Shown here: positions 60,115-64,000 of the stretch, piece by piece
How the letters are laid out: each line of letters opens with the position of its first letter
Position numbering within the stretch: position 1 is the first letter of the stretch
Assembly: GCA_963728405.1 (NCBI GenBank)
Contig: CAVSJV010000007.1
Location: forward strand, 160,001-224,000
Direction: 5' to 3'
Source of the DNA: Methanomassiliicoccaceae archaeon
Lineage (GTDB): Archaea > Thermoplasmatota > Thermoplasmata > Methanomassiliicoccales > Methanomassiliicoccaceae
DNA length: 64,000 nt
The notes under the pieces: generated by a model
The model's input: the letters and a program-made list of their open reading frames with translations, nothing else
What the model was told of the DNA's origin: nothing
The model's database searches: none
Translations under genes and position numbers: made by a program

Positions 60115-61458
60115 CTAAACCCTTTTCTCCAATTCTTTCCTCATTCTTTCTGCCACCAGCTTCGACGGATATTGTCCCCTGGTCTCCTTCATGACCTGGC
60201 CGATCAGGAAGTTGGCCGCCTTCTCGTTGCTCTTGAAGTCCTTGACCACTTCAGGATGTTGGTCCACCAGGCGGCCGATCAGTGCGTCCAGGTTCGGGTC
60301 CTGCACCGAGGGAGCGGACATCTCCTTCCCTCCTGACAGAGCACCGATGCGCATACGGGCCTCGCTGTCGGTCATCTCCCCTTTGCTCACCGATACTACT
60401 ATGTCCTGCAGCTGGACCATCAGTTCGGGGCTTCTTCGGGCCTGCAGCTCTTTCCAGTTCGAGCTCAGCGCCCCCAATGTCCAGCTGAGGGCCGCCTCGC
60501 TGCCTGCCTTCTTGGCCAGGGCCTCGAACATGTCCGCCAGCTCCCAGTCGGTAAGCACGATCTGTCGGGCGGCCTGGGCGGGGATGCCGTGTTCCCGAGC
60601 TAACCTTTCAGCCCTCACCAGGGGCGTCTCCGGCACGATGGTCCCCAGGGTCATCGGACCGATGCGATAGGTCCCAAGATCCGGTTCCCCTATGTAGCCG
60701 TAATCCTCTTCGAACTCCTTTTCCCGGCCGGGCATGGTGACGCCCCTCTCCTCATCGTAGTGGCGGGTCTCTCGGACAATCCTCTTTCCGGCGGCCAGCA
60801 TCTTGGTCTGCCGGGTCACTTCCGATTTAAGCCCCTTTTCGACATTGCGCAGTCCAGTGATGTTCTTGATCTCCACCCGTTCCTCGCCCACCGAGATGTT
60901 GGCATCGATGCGCATGGTCTGCTCTTCCCCGGTTACGCCGATCAGGTGGCGAAGCTCGATGATCAGGTCGGTGAGGAAGTCCCTGGCCTCGGCCGGAGAG
61001 GTAAGGTCGGGAGCGGTGACGATCTCGATCAATGGTATGCCCGACCGGTCATAATCCACCAGTGCTAGCTCCTCGCCGGCCCGGCCGACCCGCTTGATCC
61101 TGCCAGGATCCTCTTCGATATGCACCCGCCAGATGCCGATGCGTCTGCCGCCCACCTCGAAGTGGCCGTCAATCCCTAGGGGGGAATCGTATTGTGTGAT
61201 CTGGAAGTTCTTGGGCAGGTCGGGGTAGAAGTAGGTCTTGCGGGCGAACCACACCCGGTCGGCCATCTTGCAGTTCAGGAACTTGGCGATAAGCACCCCC
61301 ATCTCCAACGCCCTACGGTTGAGGAATGGGCGCGACCCCGGGAACCCCAAGCATACCGGGCACACCGAACTGTTGGGCGCCTCCCCTGAGGTCGAGCAGC
61401 CGCAGAACAGTTTCGAACGGGTGGGAAGCTGGACATGGATCTCAAGTCCGATCTTCAC
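60115..61458 (-). CDS. gatB: Asp/Glu-tRNA amidotransferase subunit B
   Basis: KIGLEIHVQL, RKTYFYPDLPK.FQITQ, HIEEDPG, EIVTAPD, RVEIKN; GTG start overlaps the gatA stop. Confidence 0.92.
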   Translation of the reverse strand: MKIGLEIHVQLPTRSKLFCGCSTSGEAPNSSVCPVCLGFPGSRPFLNRRALEMGVLIAKFLNCKMADRVWFARKTYFYPDLPKNFQITQYDSPLGIDGHFEVGGRRIGIWRVHIEEDPGRIKRVGRAGEELALVDYDRSGIPLIEIVTAPDLTSPAEARDFLTDLIIELRHLIGVTGEEQTMRIDANISVGEERVEIKNITGLRNVEKGLKSEVTRQTKMLAAGKRIVRETRHYDEERGVTMPGREKEFEEDYGYIGEPDLGTYRIGPMTLGTIVPETPLVRAERLAREHGIPAQAARQIVLTDWELADMFEALAKKAGSEAALSWTLGALSSNWKELQARRSPELMVQLQDIVVSVSKGEMTDSEARMRIGALSGGKEMSAPSVQDPNLDALIGRLVDQHPEVVKDFKSNEKAANFLIGQVMKETRGQYPSKLVAERMRKELEKRV

Positions 61459-62780
61459 AACGGCACCTCCGGGAAACGGTAATGGAACGACTCTTCCCAG
61501 GAACGAGCTAAGGAGATCAGTTTGCCCTCCTTCCAATGGGGCGCCACGGCCTGCATGCCGATGGGCATGCCCCCGGCATAACTGCAGGGTAGGGAAACAT
61601 GAGGGAGTCCGGCCAGGTTGGGTGGCACCGTCAGAAAGTCGGCCTGGTACATCTCCAGTGGTTTCATCCTGGCGATCTCGTCGAACCGGGGGGCCACGAA
61701 CGGCATGGTGGGTGTAAGGACCACATCATGCTCACTGAACACCTTGCGGTACTCTTGGATGATGAGCTGGCGGACCTGCAGGGCCTTGACGTAATAGCGG
61801 TTACGGAAACCTACCATGCGCGAGAACGTTCCCAGCAGGATCCTTCGCTTGGCCTCGGCCCCGAAATCCTCCGACCGGGTCTCCGAGAAGAAATCATTGA
61901 ACCCCTGATCGAACTCCTCATTCATCGCCCCGAAGCGCATGCCGCAGTAACGGGCCAGATTGGTCGACGCCTCCGAGGTCGCCAGGATATAGTATGAGGA
62001 TATGGCGAAGCGCAACGACGGCATGGTCACTGCTCTAATCACTATGCCGTTCCTGCGCAACTCCTTTACCGCCTCATCGAAGGCGGCCGCCACCTCGGAG
62101 GAGAGGCCGATCAGGGCCTCCTTGGGCACTGCTGCGCTCTTCACATCGCCTCCCATATCCAGGACCGGCTGTACCTGCGATGTGGGATCCTTTGGATCGG
62201 GGCCGGAAATGATCGGCAGGTATCTCTCCAGGTCCCGGACGGTCCTTGAAAGGATACCCACCTTATCGAGCGAATTGCCGTAATCGATCAGCCCCCAGCG
62301 CGAGACCCGCCCATAAGTGGGGGTCAGGCCTACCACGCCGCAGAACGAGGCGGGGCAGGAGATCGAACCACCGGTGCTGACGCCGAGGGCGATGTGCCCG
62401 GGAAGGAGGCAAGCGGTCGCAGCCGCTCCGCCCGATGAACCACCGCAGCTCCGCTCCAGGTCGAAAGGGTTCTTGGGAACGCCATAACCGGAGTTGGTGC
62501 TGAATGTGCCGAACCCAAACTCGTCCATGTTGGTCTTGCCCAGCAGCAGGCCCCCCCTCTCCCGCAACCTCCCGATAGGGGTGGCGTCGAAAGGGGGTCG
62601 ATATCCTTGGAGAATTCGGCTTCCTGCCCGGGCCTGGAAGTCTCGCGCGCATAAATTATCCTTGGCCGAGAAATGGAAATCTCCTTGGTCGAAGGCCAAG
62701 GGGTCCTCGAGGCGGTCGGCGAACAGGCAGTGCCGCTCGTCCAACGCTCGCAGGCGGTCCGCGGTGGGGAACGGGCTCAT
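61455..62780 (-). CDS. gatA: Asp/Glu-tRNA amidotransferase subunit A
   Basis: GKTNMDEF, GGSSGG, STGGSI, PTYGRVSRWGL, SEASTNLARY, KRRILLG. Confidence 0.92.
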   Translation of the reverse strand: MSPFPTADRLRALDERHCLFADRLEDPLAFDQGDFHFSAKDNLCARDFQARAGSRILQGYRPPFDATPIGRLRERGGLLLGKTNMDEFGFGTFSTNSGYGVPKNPFDLERSCGGSSGGAAATACLLPGHIALGVSTGGSISCPASFCGVVGLTPTYGRVSRWGLIDYGNSLDKVGILSRTVRDLERYLPIISGPDPKDPTSQVQPVLDMGGDVKSAAVPKEALIGLSSEVAAAFDEAVKELRRNGIVIRAVTMPSLRFAISSYYILATSEASTNLARYCGMRFGAMNEEFDQGFNDFFSETRSEDFGAEAKRRILLGTFSRMVGFRNRYYVKALQVRQLIIQEYRKVFSEHDVVLTPTMPFVAPRFDEIARMKPLEMYQADFLTVPPNLAGLPHVSLPCSYAGGMPIGMQAVAPHWKEGKLISLARSWEESFHYRFPEVPL

Positions 62781-63049
62781 GAAAGCCTAGGCCCCCTTAC
62801 CCAATCGTCCTTGGCCCTCATAACGTCCCGAAGTTCGGCCGAATCGCTGTCCCTGCACACCACGTCATCCCTCAGGATGTCCTCGACCTTGACTGGGCCG
62901 AGGTCGAAATCATCTATCGATGGCGCCTCGTCCAACACCGCGAAGGCTGTGAGGATGTCCTCTAGATCGGCAGCATATTGTTCTAGTTCGGCTTCAGTGA
63001 GCTTCAACCTGGCCACCTTGGCCACCTTGCGAACGGTCTCCTGGTCCAT
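62777..63049 (-). CDS. gatC: Asp/Glu-tRNA amidotransferase subunit C
   Basis: MDQETVRKVAKVARLKL, LRDD; directly upstream of gatA. Confidence 0.88.
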   Translation of the reverse strand: MDQETVRKVAKVARLKLTEAELEQYAADLEDILTAFAVLDEAPSIDDFDLGPVKVEDILRDDVVCRDSDSAELRDVMRAKDDWVRGPRLS

Positions 63050-63210
63050 AAAGACAACTTTCCCTGAGCTTAGAACGCCTTTGAGCATAAAACGCTGGAT
63101 ATATAATCCTTTGTCATTTTGTGGCAGGGTGCTTTCCGAGGGTGACGCGTGGTAGCACAGGTGCAATAAGATTTATCTGATACCCGGGCTTACATCACCA
63201 CGGTGCTTCG

Positions 63211-63714
63211 ATGGCAGAAGAGACAACTGACAAACTCATGAAACAGGCTTACCAATTGCTCAGCGAGGGCGAGTACCAGAAGGCCCTATCCAAGTTCGAC
63301 AAAGTTACCAAGACCGATGCGAACAATGCCGAGGCCTGGTTTGGAAAGGCCGAAGCGTCCGTGCTGGTCCCCAAGGTGAAGATCGAGGACATACTGGCCG
63401 CCTACAAGAAGGCTGCCGAGCTGGACCCCAAGAACCCCCTGGTCCATAGCTCCATGGGCTCGTTCTGTGTGGAGGCCGGACTGTTCAACGACGCCGAGGG
63501 TGCCTACAAGAAGGCCGCCGAAGAGGACCCGGAGAACGCTCCATACTACTATTCCGAGTTCGGAGTGGAATACTTCCGCCGGGCCCCGGTAGTGATGGAA
63601 GCGTACATGGACGACAAGACCGAGGAGATGGTCATGAAGAAGTCCCTGAAGTACCTGCTCCTTTCCATCGGCCTGGACGAGGCCGGAGCTCTGGAATTGC
63701 TCCAGAGAAAATAA
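63211..63714 (+). CDS. TPR-repeat protein
   Basis: GEYQKAL, NAEAWFGKA, AYKKAAELDP repeats. Confidence 0.8.
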   Translation: MAEETTDKLMKQAYQLLSEGEYQKALSKFDKVTKTDANNAEAWFGKAEASVLVPKVKIEDILAAYKKAAELDPKNPLVHSSMGSFCVEAGLFNDAEGAYKKAAEEDPENAPYYYSEFGVEYFRRAPVVMEAYMDDKTEEMVMKKSLKYLLLSIGLDEAGALELLQRK

Positions 63715-63726
63715 TCCTTTTTTATT

Positions 63727-64000
63727 TTATAGCAGTCCAAGCCGCCGCAGGCCATCGATGACCCCGTCGGCATGAGGATAGGGGCTCACGTACTTGGCTG
63801 CGTTCTTGGCCACTCCCGAGGCGTTCCCAACCGCTACGCTGAAACCACATTCTTTGAGCATACCTACGTCGTTGTCCGAATCGCCGAACGCGGCCACCTC
63901 GTCGAGACCGATGCCCATGATCTCGGCCATCTTCCGGACACCGACCACCTTGCCATGTCCATGGTCCATGATGTGGATCGCGAACCCGGTCGCCTCGATG
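63727..64000 (-). CDS. HAD-superfamily phosphatase (phosphoglycolate phosphatase/SPP-like), 5' end outside the window
   Basis: GFAIHI..., K..G, AAFGDSDND, AVGNA. Confidence 0.85.
   Translation of the reverse strand, partial: IEATGFAIHIMDHGHGKVVGVRKMAEIMGIGLDEVAAFGDSDNDVGMLKECGFSVAVGNASGVAKNAAKYVSPYPHADGVIDGLRRLGLL

Noticed and set aside
1-64000. CRISPR array, rRNA genes, IS transposases
   Set aside because: No regularly spaced repeats, rRNA-like sequence or transposase motifs were seen

Overview
Archaeal chromosomal window, most likely from a Methanomassiliicoccales (Thermoplasmatota) methanogen. This is an inference from class I LysRS, topoisomerase VI A/B, NAC, Sec61beta, archaeal tRNAs and porCDAB, together with an FN3 surface protein and several bacterial-type genes. 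Most of it is housekeeping: cimA, hom, nadE, ppa, lysS, top6AB, arcC, DRG GTPase, hisS, rnhA, panD, a Btu/Fec-type ABC importer, ppsA, porCDAB, hypC, nac, glnA, an AlaX editing protein, aspS and gatCAB, plus tRNA-Ser, tRNA-Glu and tRNA-Asp. Less ordinary elements: (i) several unannotated structured intergenic RNA candidates, the best being an ~85-nt minus-strand hairpin RNA (31881-31963) with its own TATA box and U-tract and a loop showing three anti-Shine-Dalgarno-like motifs; (ii) a decayed 3.7-kb tRNA-Glu-integrated element carrying an intact NRAMP/5TMR-LYT fusion; (iii) a circularly permuted BtuF-like binding protein; (iv) a PstS-like domain inserted inside an FN3 domain; (v) three genes whose best-placed starts are ACG or ATT; (vi) a bacterial-type non-discriminating AspRS facing gatCAB; (vii) an orphan FlaH-like protein with a broken Walker A. 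Single-base frameshifts in porA and aspS probably reflect assembly errors. All family calls come from motif recognition by eye; no searches were run.
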